Assembly (NCBI GenBank): GCA_964549615.1
Contig: CAZJVP010000020.1
Location: forward strand, 218,305 to 282,304
Length of the DNA stretch: 64,000 nt
Direction of reading: 5' to 3'
Source: an uncultured Thermococci archaeon
GTDB taxonomy: Archaea; CAYQAE01; CAYVLA01
In this document: positions 50,998-59,721 of the stretch, piece after piece
Position numbering within the stretch: the first letter of the stretch is position 1
Layout: each line of letters opens with the position of its first letter
Program-made: the position numbers and the translations under genes
Notes under the pieces: generated by a model
What the model was told of the DNA's origin: nothing
Databases searched by the model: none
What the model saw: the letters and a program-made list of their open reading frames with translations, nothing else

Positions 50998-51830
50998 GTA
51001 GTTCCGCTACGTGGCCACACTTACCATCCGTTCCTCTCTGCCACCGACATTCCCAGAAATGCTCATCAAAGGAAGCCCCTTCCCATCCCGCGGCTTCAGA
51101 AAGTAACGGTGACGTTCCAGAACAGGCACACGCTGATGTCACAATGGGCGGCGCACAGCGTTGCGAAAGAGGCATGATAGCGTCGAGACCACGGGCCTGT
51201 GCGCCTGACAAGTTGTGCACAGCCGGCTGGGAAGAGCAGAAAAGTTGGGAAGGCCCGGAAGGCTGGGAAGGATCAGAGGGATCAGAGGGATCAGAGGGAT
51301 GATGGATGGGAGCGGAAGGACAGATACGGGGAAAGGTACAAACGGTACAGGGAGGCTGAAGCTCTAAGCAAGGGTCTGCACAGGATCTATGACAGGCTCA
51401 AAGAAGCTCTGGAGACCGATCCTCCTCCACAAGCACAAAAGAGGGATAGGCTTGCAAGGTATGGTAGGTATGGTAGGAGGGCTCTGCAGCACTGGCTCAG
51501 GAGGGAGTACAGGTCTGCCAAGGTTAGGCAGTTTGTCGACAAGCTCAGCGCTGCTTGTCCCTACCTGTTTACCGCTGTCAGGCATCCTGGTGTGGAGTTG
51601 ACCAATAATCGTTGGGAGCGGGCTTTGAGGGCGCTTGTGGTGCAGAGAAAGATCATAGGGACTCTTAGGAATGGGAAGGGTGTGAGGATGTATGAGAGGA
51701 TTCCAAGCCTTCTTGCCGCATGGGAGCAGAGAGGCCTAGACTCATCCCACACATTATCCGAAGCTCTAACCCAGAGCTGGAAGGAGACCTCACACGACCA
51801 GACCAACCAACGCGCGAGCTAAATACGTAC
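50998..51830 (+). mobile_element. IS66-family (ISBst12-like) remnant with C-terminal transposase fragment (~51350..51822)
   Basis: LFTAVRHPGVELTNNRWERALRALVVQRKI is the IS66 TNNxxER motif; candidate ends GTAG.. (50998, weak) and ..GCTAAATACGTAC (51830); no TSD seen. Confidence 0.75.
51270..51300 (+). repeat. Tandem repeat (GGATCAGAG)x3.4 within a degenerate 9-bp periodic tract starting near 51225
   Basis: Read directly from the sequence. Confidence 0.9.
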
Positions 51831-51870
51831 GCTGGACCAAATTATAAGTTCTCGGCCTCCAAACTGCATC

Positions 51871-52028
51871 TGCTTAGTCACCTCTCTGTTTGGTGTGACC
51901 AAACGAATCCGAACACTCAGAGGTGATTAAGCATCCATCAAGCTTCAAGGCCTGTCAAACGAAAGTCAGGCCCTGAGAACAGAATTTTAGCCAACCATGG
52001 AACAGGACTAAAATATCCCATAGGTTGG
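51871..52028 (+). ncRNA. Candidate structured non-coding RNA of unknown class
   Basis: 15-bp + 7-bp stem with G.U pairs, GAAA-capped hairpin, possible 3' pseudoknot, TTATAA at 51842. Confidence 0.45.
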
Positions 52029-54320
52029 TCAGATGCCACCGGGGCGAAGCAGCCGACGCAATAGGATCGCTGCCGCAAGCGCCGCCACGGAGGTCTCCGG
52101 AATCGCTACTCTGATCTGGGCCTGCTTCTTTGCCTCGCAGTTGCCCGCGGCGTCGACCGACCAGTAAGCGTAGAGGTGGTCGCCCTCCAGGGCCCGGAAA
52201 CCCGTCGGGGAGTACTCGACCGGGTCCTGCAAGTCGATCGAGTAGTATGTCTTGTAGAGCCCGGATCCGGGCTCAGGGTCCTCCGCGAGGAGGTAAATGG
52301 TCACCGGCGGCAGGTACGGATCCGGCCTGGGCGGGGGCGATATCGCCGTCGTGGGCGGCCGGGTGTCCACCTTAATGACGGCGGTCTGCGGTATCTCGAC
52401 GTTCCCCGCGTAGTCCTCCGACCAGAAGGTGTAGACGTGGCTGCCTTCGGGCGCGACGAAGCGGAAGACTCGCCTTGTATCGTTCTGCACGGGCCCGTTG
52501 TCGATCTGGTAGTAGGTGATCTTCACGCCGCTCGCGTTTCCCCAAGGCACGTACGGATCCGCGGCGTGGAACTCTATGATCGTCACGTTCGTATGCCACT
52601 CGTGGCTGGATTTGGGCTTGATGACCGTATAGGGCGCAACGTTCGGGTCCTCGGTGGGAGGGGCGTAGGATTCGATGATCTCGAAGTACCTTAGCTCCCA
52701 CACGGTGTAGCCGCTGTTGCACTTGGCGCCTATCCTGCAGATGTAGAGCCCGTCGGGGAAGGACAGATTCGTGCCGATCGTGCTGAATGCCCAGTACTGG
52801 TCCGAGGGCCAGGCGGTGCTGCGGGTGGCTTGGACGGATTCCTGTTTGATGAAGGCGGGCGGCGGCGTGGGCCACTCCCATGTGACGGTACAGAGCGTGT
52901 CGGAGAATGGCTCATTGGCATTCATGCGGCTCCTCAAGTAGGTCGGATCGAGCTCGATGTTGACCCATATCGTGTCGCCGGCCTTGAAGACGCTTCGGCC
53001 GCTCGACAGCTTCTCTCGAGAGGGGTAAGCCTCGATCGGGTCGTCCACGTAGAAAGATTTCTGGGCTGCCGTCGCGGGGAACATGCCCGGGGTTGGCCTT
53101 GCCTTGATGGAGTAGGCCCCGAAGAACTCCATCGACCCGTTGCCCGTGGGGTCGATCAGCTCGACGGGTATGATCGTCGAGTACGTGTAGGTGTAGCTGC
53201 TCCCCGGGACGACCGGGTACCCAGTGATGTTCCAGCTCACGTTCCCTATGAAACCCAGGAAGCCGGTGGTACACCACAGCTGGAGGGTGAGGTTGTAGAC
53301 GTCCTGGTACGGATTCCCCGGCAGGCCGGTGTTGATGACGGCGGTTAGCGTGGCTCGCAAGCTGCTCGGATCGAACCACTGGCCGTAGGTGGGTCGGACG
53401 TCGAGTTCGACGTTGATCCACCGTGCCGAAAGCACCCTGAACCGGGCGTATCCCACGAAGTAGCCTAAGGTGGCCCTGACGACGTAGTCGTGCGTGGAGT
53501 TGAATGGGAAGGCCGTAGCATTCGCCGCGACGATGTCGGTCGCCGTCCAACCGCGTCCCTGGACGAAGCGGATCGGCGTCGCGTGCGCCATGATGACGTT
53601 GCCGGCCGGACCAATCCACTCGACCGTTGCGTGGGAAGCTCCGGTCTCGTTTCCCGGGGGGTTTACGGTCAGTGTGGCGTTGAGAAGGGTCGAGGCCTCC
53701 ACGCCGTCAAGGTAGAAAGGCGATGTCCTGTTCATCTGGTCCAGTACCTGGACGAAGAGTTCGGATGTCGGAACATGGAAGAACATCCATTGGACGTTAG
53801 GATTTCCTGCGGGGCTCGTCCAGCTCGAGCCTAGGCCCGGCCCCGTCTCGTTTATCCTCACCTGGTACACGCCTGGAACCCCCTGCGGGTCGAATGTGGT
53901 GACGAAGAGGTGGTAGGAGTAGGCGCCCGAGGTCTGCCGGTACTCGGCCGGAACGGTGACGGACCAGTTGGGCTGCGATCCTGGGAAGAGATTTCCAGAC
54001 GCGTTGAATCCGCTCGAGGCGCTGGAGTTGTGGTAGACGATGAAAGTGACGGTGAAATTGCCGGCCGAAGCGTCGGTCCGGGCAACGTAGGCTAGGTTGC
54101 ATTTCGAGAACCTGTAGGTCAAGTTAAGCATGTTCCAGCCGGTGTTGTTGTACTGGTTCCAACCCTCGACCGGCATTCCGTCCTCCTTTAGCCAGGCATA
54201 CTCCACCAACTGGTAGCTGGTGGGCGGGGGCACCTGCGGGGATATCTGGGGAAGCTGGGCGAGGATGGCTACCGCGACGGATGCCGTGGCGAACGCTCCG
54301 CAGAGCCTTCGGGACATCAT
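52029..54320 (-). CDS. Cell-surface glycoprotein, paralog of 13039: shared N-domain, OmpL47-like Ig repeats, IPET C-terminal anchor
   Basis: Signal peptide; WLKEDG..LNLTYRFSK; twice SG...TYY.ID..EG.H...WS.D.AGN.E; GGAGGTGA RBS. Confidence 0.85.
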   Translation of the reverse strand: MMSRRLCGAFATASVAVAILAQLPQISPQVPPPTSYQLVEYAWLKEDGMPVEGWNQYNNTGWNMLNLTYRFSKCNLAYVARTDASAGNFTVTFIVYHNSSASSGFNASGNLFPGSQPNWSVTVPAEYRQTSGAYSYHLFVTTFDPQGVPGVYQVRINETGPGLGSSWTSPAGNPNVQWMFFHVPTSELFVQVLDQMNRTSPFYLDGVEASTLLNATLTVNPPGNETGASHATVEWIGPAGNVIMAHATPIRFVQGRGWTATDIVAANATAFPFNSTHDYVVRATLGYFVGYARFRVLSARWINVELDVRPTYGQWFDPSSLRATLTAVINTGLPGNPYQDVYNLTLQLWCTTGFLGFIGNVSWNITGYPVVPGSSYTYTYSTIIPVELIDPTGNGSMEFFGAYSIKARPTPGMFPATAAQKSFYVDDPIEAYPSREKLSSGRSVFKAGDTIWVNIELDPTYLRSRMNANEPFSDTLCTVTWEWPTPPPAFIKQESVQATRSTAWPSDQYWAFSTIGTNLSFPDGLYICRIGAKCNSGYTVWELRYFEIIESYAPPTEDPNVAPYTVIKPKSSHEWHTNVTIIEFHAADPYVPWGNASGVKITYYQIDNGPVQNDTRRVFRFVAPEGSHVYTFWSEDYAGNVEIPQTAVIKVDTRPPTTAISPPPRPDPYLPPVTIYLLAEDPEPGSGLYKTYYSIDLQDPVEYSPTGFRALEGDHLYAYWSVDAAGNCEAKKQAQIRVAIPETSVAALAAAILLRRLLRPGGI

Positions 54321-54550
54321 CGGTCAATCACCTCCTCTTTTGGAGGAGTTCCCCTTCGGTTGCGCCGGGCGGCTTTGCGACGGTTGGAAAACGACAGGCG
54401 GGTCTGAGGCATGGGGCTTCTCCGATACAATTGGCCTTGTGGGATATAACCATTCCGGATCCAAGCGGATTCTCGCTGGAAGGATCGTAAAGCCGTTGCC
54501 GAACGCGGGATGGAAATCAAAGGCCGCTCGCCGAGAGGAGCGCGATGCCC

Positions 54551-55819
54551 TCAGCCGAACTGAGCTAAGCGGGTTACGGCCACCTCCCTATACAGCCTCC
54601 TCCGCACCATCAGGCTCCAGACCGCGAACCCGGCCAGAAGTGAGACCCCGGAGACCGCCAGCCATTCCGTCACGTAGACCCAGATAAGGGCCCTGTCCTT
54701 GAGCCTCATGGCCTCGGACCTCAACGCCTCCATTTGCGATATCGCTTTCTCCATGCTTGCGAAGGCGGCCTCGTATTCCTGGGCCAGATACTCGTTCTCC
54801 CCTTGGCCCGCAACGCCCGAGATGGCCTGGGCCTTTGAGATGATCGGGGTTCCGCTTGCGCCGAACTTGTCTATGAAGTCAAGGAGCGAGTAGATGAAGC
54901 CCCTCGCCGCGTCGTAGTTCGCAAATCGCTGCCTGAGCTGGTGCACGAGCACAACGTCCTTGGGAAGGTCCCTCCCCGTGGCGAACATCATCTCTGCTAG
55001 GATCATATCTATGGAGTAGGGGTTGCGGCTGGGCTGCCAGTACGCGTCCCCGCCCAACATGTCGTGGTGGGTCCACGTGGTGGCGTTGCCGTATTTCCAG
55101 TACATGGTGTGCGGCATCCAGCCCCTCCCCTTGACGCGGGGGTCGGGCAGGGATCCGCCCCAACTCTGGGGGAAGTCGCCGATGACGTACGAGGTCACAA
55201 CGGCGCCTTCCTTGGGTATCGCGATGCAGGTGGTCCCTGGCGATAGGACGGCCTCCACGCCCTCGAGATCCTTGTAGGGGGAGAGCACGGGCGGGACCTG
55301 CGGGTTCGTGTTGATGACGAAGCGGAGCGTCATCACTTCGTATGACCACTTCATCTGGGAGACGACCTTGTCGGCATCGTTGGGGAAGGCATCGGAGATT
55401 ATCGACCGGGCCCAGGGATGGGCTATGTACTCTGCCATGCTCATCACGCTTCGGTCTTGCAGACCGCCCTTGCCGTCCTTGTACATGGCGTTGTAGAGCA
55501 TGTACTGTTGTTCTTGGGTGAGGTAATCCACCTCGACCATGATGAGCATGAGGTAGTCGTACTCCAGAAGCCTCTGGTAGTTGCGCGGGAAGTAGAGCCT
55601 TATGAACCTCTGGATGTCCGCCCCTTGGAGGTTGGTCAGGTGCGTGCGGCACGGCACCTGCGTTGGGTCGGTCATCGGGTCACGGGCCAACCAAGACGCA
55701 ACGACCCTGATGTTCGGGGGGTTACCGAGGACAAGGACTTTCGCCGGTCCCGGGGTTGCTGCTAGGGCTGGGGCCGGAAGCATGAGGAGAATGAAAGCGA
55801 GAGCCGCTGTGGTGCGCAT
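54551..55819 (-). CDS. Secreted, C-terminally membrane-anchored hypothetical protein
   Basis: Signal peptide MRTTAALAFILLMLPAPALA; C-terminal TM followed by RRRLYREV; start moved to ATG 55819. Confidence 0.8.
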   Translation of the reverse strand: MRTTAALAFILLMLPAPALAATPGPAKVLVLGNPPNIRVVASWLARDPMTDPTQVPCRTHLTNLQGADIQRFIRLYFPRNYQRLLEYDYLMLIMVEVDYLTQEQQYMLYNAMYKDGKGGLQDRSVMSMAEYIAHPWARSIISDAFPNDADKVVSQMKWSYEVMTLRFVINTNPQVPPVLSPYKDLEGVEAVLSPGTTCIAIPKEGAVVTSYVIGDFPQSWGGSLPDPRVKGRGWMPHTMYWKYGNATTWTHHDMLGGDAYWQPSRNPYSIDMILAEMMFATGRDLPKDVVLVHQLRQRFANYDAARGFIYSLLDFIDKFGASGTPIISKAQAISGVAGQGENEYLAQEYEAAFASMEKAISQMEALRSEAMRLKDRALIWVYVTEWLAVSGVSLLAGFAVWSLMVRRRLYREVAVTRLAQFG

Positions 55820-56091
55820 TTCTCCAGCACCTTGCAAGCGGTGCTCGTCGGGCAACGAAGATAAAGATATCGCACCGGCAGGGCGGTACGCCGATGCCCG
55901 GCCTCCAAATTCTGGCGCTTCTCTTACCGGCCTCACGGGATCCAGCGCGGTTCGATTTCTCTGGACGCTGGCGGGGGTCGTTGCCGTCGTTGCCTTCTGG
56001 GCCATTCGGTTCGGTTCTCATGGCAACTTTTTTCTAGGTGCCCAGCAAGCCGGGAGGGGCAACGATTTGCCCGGCTCAGGGGGAGTGATCA

Positions 56092-56928
56092 GTGGCCATA
56101 GGCAGGGAGACCATTGGCATCGTTCTGGTCGCACTGACTGCGTCTTCCGTCGTCACGGCCTTCATCGCGGGCGAGAGGCCGTCAAGGGTTGTGGAGGTCG
56201 TGGAGAACTCCTTCCCGTCCGAAATCCGCGATAGCCAGTGGAACACCTTTTCCTTGGTCGTGGTTGCCAGAAGGCCGCTGGAGCGTCTCGACCTCCAGTA
56301 CAGCTGCCTTCACCAGGCTCAGGTGTTCGCTTCCAACATCACGCAGGGAAGGCCCGAGAGGGAAGCCATGGCAGCGCTGAGCCCGGTGTCCGACCTTCTG
56401 ATCATGGCCAGGGGGCTCGGCATGCAGCCTGTGCAGTCTGTGGTCCAGGTCGTGGCGAACAAAAGCAGGCGTGACGCCTACGTGATCGATTTCTCGGCCA
56501 TGTTAAGGCCATCCATGGACGACCCGGTGTTAGGGGACTACTTCGGCTCCGGCGCCAACACGATATACGCGGGCATCTTGGACGACTCTGGGCAGCTTGT
56601 GCTGTACGCGGGGGTGAGGGACTTCTTCCATGCTAGGAACGTGACGATCATGGAGATGAGCCTGAGCCTCAACGATGAGAAGAGCGTCTTCAAGAGGGCT
56701 AGGGACCTTTCCCCGTCGGAGAGGGCGGCCAAGGCACCTGACATGGTCGATGCGCCGGCAGTTGGCACGGTCAGTTTCTCGGGTCTCAAGAAGGACGACA
56801 CGGTCAGGCTGGTCTTCTCGCTGGACAGCTCGGCGGCCGGATACGGGAGCTATGTCCAGATCATCAGGATCTTCGCGGACGGCAAGCTGGAGGAGGAGAT
56901 CACCAACTTCCTGCCCAAGGCCCGCTAG
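56092..56928 (+). CDS. Hypothetical membrane-anchored protein
   Basis: 278-aa ORF with N-terminal TM and coding-like codon bias. Confidence 0.65.
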   Translation: MAIGRETIGIVLVALTASSVVTAFIAGERPSRVVEVVENSFPSEIRDSQWNTFSLVVVARRPLERLDLQYSCLHQAQVFASNITQGRPEREAMAALSPVSDLLIMARGLGMQPVQSVVQVVANKSRRDAYVIDFSAMLRPSMDDPVLGDYFGSGANTIYAGILDDSGQLVLYAGVRDFFHARNVTIMEMSLSLNDEKSVFKRARDLSPSERAAKAPDMVDAPAVGTVSFSGLKKDDTVRLVFSLDSSAAGYGSYVQIIRIFADGKLEEEITNFLPKAR

Positions 56929-57044
56929 GCGTCATGCTGGTCATCGGTACCGTTCCTTGGCATATCGATCGCGCAGCAAGCGGGGTTTTGGGTTTTCCGG
57001 CCGGCCTTCCAAGCCGCGGTCCACCGGCGTTGGGCCAAAACAGC

Positions 57045-57095
57045 GCAAAGCCGGCGGGAGATCGTCCTCGTCCAGCATCTCGCCGGTCGCTTTGC
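57045..57095. terminator. Imperfect hairpin between convergent genes
   Basis: GCAAAG-CCGGCGGGAGAT ... ATCTCGCCGG-TCG-CTTTGC. Confidence 0.35.
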
Positions 57096-57106
57096 CTACG
57101 GTTGGG

Positions 57107-58549
57107 CTAGGGCAGGTCTGACAGGGCTACGTGATCGCCGGTCCTGTCCTGCCAGGCTCTGATGCGTTCGGCCAGATCCCGGATCGTTGGCCTCAACTCA
57201 GGCCTGCGAAATAGGTTTTTGGTCTCGTATGGGTCGGCCTTGAGGTCGTACAGCTCGTTTTCACCCAGCCCGGACCAGTTGAACTTCCAGCCCTCGGGAG
57301 TCACGATCGTCCTGACTGGGTCGCCCACGGCTCTCAAGGCCTTCTCGAGCATGGCTGGGTCCAGCATGGAGTCGAACCTGGAGAAGCCCGTGTCGCGGCC
57401 GTTCCACTCCACCATCACGTCGTCCTCGGGGAATTCCTTTCCCTCCAGCAGCGGCCGAAGGTTTTTCCCCTGAAGGTATGACGGCACGTCCTCGCCCAGT
57501 AGGTCAAGCAAGGTCGGCACGAGGTCGATCTGGCTGATCGGCTGCGATACCCTAAGGTGGGCCTCCTGCCCGGGCAGGCGGACGATGAGGGGAACGCGCA
57601 CCGCCTCCTCGAACATGACGCCCTTGGCGAGGAGCCTGTGGCTTCCCATCATGTCGCCGTGGTCGGACGTGAAAACGATGATCGTGTCGTCATATGCTCC
57701 ACAGTCCTTGAGCGCCTTGAGGATGGTGCCTACGTGGGTGTCGACTAGGCTGCAGAGCCCCCAGTAGTTGGCGATCAGCCTGCGCCAGTCGGCCTCGGTC
57801 CGGAGGGGGAAGTTGCCGTGCCCTCTCTCGTAGTAATAGCGCTGGAACAGACGTGCCTTCAGGTGCTGGTCGTCCGTAGGCACTGCATCGAAGTTGGGGG
57901 GCAGCGTAACATCATCTGGCCTATACTGGTCGTCCCTGGGGCCGAAAAAAGGCATATGCGGCTCCAGGAAGTTCACGTAGAGGATGAAGGGCTCCTGCGA
58001 ATGCTCTTGGATGAAGGAAGAGGCCTCTCGAGCGAGGTATGCCGGTTTTCCGAAGGCTTCCGGGAGCCGCGCGCACTCGCCACGGGAGAAGTACTTGCCA
58101 TCCGAGGGGACGAAACCGTTCTCGACCAGGAATTGGTGGTACGTCGAGCGCGCGTCGGGGTTCCTGTCCGGGCCGTAGTACTTTCGATATCCGTCCTCAA
58201 TGCTTCTCCATTCACGGAAGCCGTGCTGTGCGAATATCTCATCGCCCAGATGCCATTTGCCGAAGTACGCCGTCGCATAGTCCTGGCGGCTCAGCATCTC
58301 GGGGAGGCAAAGGGTATCCCGGCGCAACGGGATGTTGTTGGCCGTGCATCCGTTCGTGTGAGGGTAGAGTCCCGTGAGTAAGGACGATCGGGAGGGCGAG
58401 CACACCGGCTGGGTGACATAGGCCTTCTCGAAAACCACCCCCTCCGAGGCGAGGCGGTTGAGGTTCGGCATCTGAATCCTGGTGTTGCCGTACGCCGCGA
58501 GGGTGTCAGCCCTCTGCTCGTCCGTGAAAATGAAAAGCAGATTGGGCAT
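57107..58549 (-). CDS. Cys-type (formylglycine) sulfatase
   Basis: PNLLFIFTDEQ, CSPSRSSLLTG, GKWHLG, TSDHG, ELYDL..DPYE. Confidence 0.95.
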   Translation of the reverse strand: MPNLLFIFTDEQRADTLAAYGNTRIQMPNLNRLASEGVVFEKAYVTQPVCSPSRSSLLTGLYPHTNGCTANNIPLRRDTLCLPEMLSRQDYATAYFGKWHLGDEIFAQHGFREWRSIEDGYRKYYGPDRNPDARSTYHQFLVENGFVPSDGKYFSRGECARLPEAFGKPAYLAREASSFIQEHSQEPFILYVNFLEPHMPFFGPRDDQYRPDDVTLPPNFDAVPTDDQHLKARLFQRYYYERGHGNFPLRTEADWRRLIANYWGLCSLVDTHVGTILKALKDCGAYDDTIIVFTSDHGDMMGSHRLLAKGVMFEEAVRVPLIVRLPGQEAHLRVSQPISQIDLVPTLLDLLGEDVPSYLQGKNLRPLLEGKEFPEDDVMVEWNGRDTGFSRFDSMLDPAMLEKALRAVGDPVRTIVTPEGWKFNWSGLGENELYDLKADPYETKNLFRRPELRPTIRDLAERIRAWQDRTGDHVALSDLP

Positions 58550-58665
58550 GTCTTCGTCCCGCGTCAGGCTGCCTTTATATTTTTCAGCTTGGATCCGCCG
58601 TACGGCTGGCGCTGGCATATCCAGGCCCTGCGCTGAATGCCGCCCATTTGAATAGGGGTTCCTAC

Positions 58666-59607
58666 ATGGACTGGGAAACGGTCAGGAGCAAGTTCGGTCA
58701 GTACACGACGGTACTCCGGCCGGATCGGGACGAACCCGAGTGGTGGGCCGGTGCGCCCTCGCTCGCCATCGGCCCCGACGGGCGGATCTACATGGCGGTG
58801 AGGATGCGGGAGGCGATCTCGCCTAGGGGAAGGCGCGGCTATGAGGTGAGGATACTGGAGAGCCCGGATGGGGTCGCATTCCGGCCGGTAGCACATCTCA
58901 GACGGGAAAGCGTGCCAATAGCCGGCTTCGAGAGGCCCGCGCTGCTCTGGGATCCGGCGCACGCCCTGTTCAGGCTTTACCTTTGTGGGCCTTGGCCATA
59001 CGGCAAGGAGGCCGGATGGTGCATACTGAGGCTGGAAGATGTCGATGATCCGAAGGACTTCGACCCCTCCACCGCCAGGCCGGTATTGTGCGCGCGGGCC
59101 CCCTCGGGACAGGGCTTGCAGGGCTACAAGGACCCGTTCGTATGGATGGAGGGCGGCGTCTACAGGATGCTCGTCATCGGTTATGGGCCGGAGCGCACCT
59201 ACCACTTCGCCTCCAAGGACGGTGACCGATGGCAGCAGGTGGGGCCCGGCGCTTGGTTCGACCTTGGCGGATGGCATTCTTTCTACACCCGGCCGGCGTG
59301 CATCCTGCCCATGGGCGTGGGTTGGCTGTTCATCTACGAGGGATCGCACCCCAGCTGGTTCGATCCCGCGTACAACATCGCCACGGGGCTGGCGTGGACG
59401 CCCGACCTTGAGACCTGCATCGACCTCACCGCGGAGGAACCGCTGCTGAAGAGCACGACTCCCGGGCGGTACCACACGTGGCGTTACTCGCACTGGATGT
59501 GGAGAGATGGCGAGCTCTGGGCCTACGCGGAGGTGGCCTGCCCGAACGACACGAACGAGGTACGGCTCTTTCGCACGCGGCTGTCGCAGGGCGACCTCTT
59601 GCACTAA
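58666..59607 (+). CDS. Five-bladed beta-propeller glycosidase-like protein
   Basis: WAGAPS, FERPAL, YKDPFV, FIYEG patterns of the GH32/43/130-like clan. Confidence 0.65.
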   Translation: MDWETVRSKFGQYTTVLRPDRDEPEWWAGAPSLAIGPDGRIYMAVRMREAISPRGRRGYEVRILESPDGVAFRPVAHLRRESVPIAGFERPALLWDPAHALFRLYLCGPWPYGKEAGWCILRLEDVDDPKDFDPSTARPVLCARAPSGQGLQGYKDPFVWMEGGVYRMLVIGYGPERTYHFASKDGDRWQQVGPGAWFDLGGWHSFYTRPACILPMGVGWLFIYEGSHPSWFDPAYNIATGLAWTPDLETCIDLTAEEPLLKSTTPGRYHTWRYSHWMWRDGELWAYAEVACPNDTNEVRLFRTRLSQGDLLH

Positions 59608-59721
59608 GCGAGTTGCACTCCTTGTGATTTCGCCAAAGCCCGCTTCCGCCGGAGAAGCGCGGGTGATCGCGCCTGATAATATATTTCACAGGCCGCTTTC
59701 CAAAGCCGCCAAGGACGGAGC

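Noticed and set aside
51251-51270. AGGCCCGGAAGG similar to SRP RNA helix 8
   Set aside because: Required GAGCA continuation is absent; it is part of the 9-bp periodic tract
51225-51300. Possible CRISPR array
   Set aside because: 9-bp tandem units without spacers; no cas genes or repeat-spacer pattern seen anywhere in the window
51945-52000. CTGAGA and GAAA suggesting a TPP riboswitch or hammerhead ribozyme
   Set aside because: No CCTGAT/TAAT..AGCG P4-P5 motif and no CTGANGA core in the right order
55942-55971. CCAGCG..GGTTCGATT..CGCTGG hairpin, tRNA-like loop
   Set aside because: No cloverleaf can be built
58564-59604. 346-aa minus-strand ORF
   Set aside because: Antisense shadow of the propeller glycosidase
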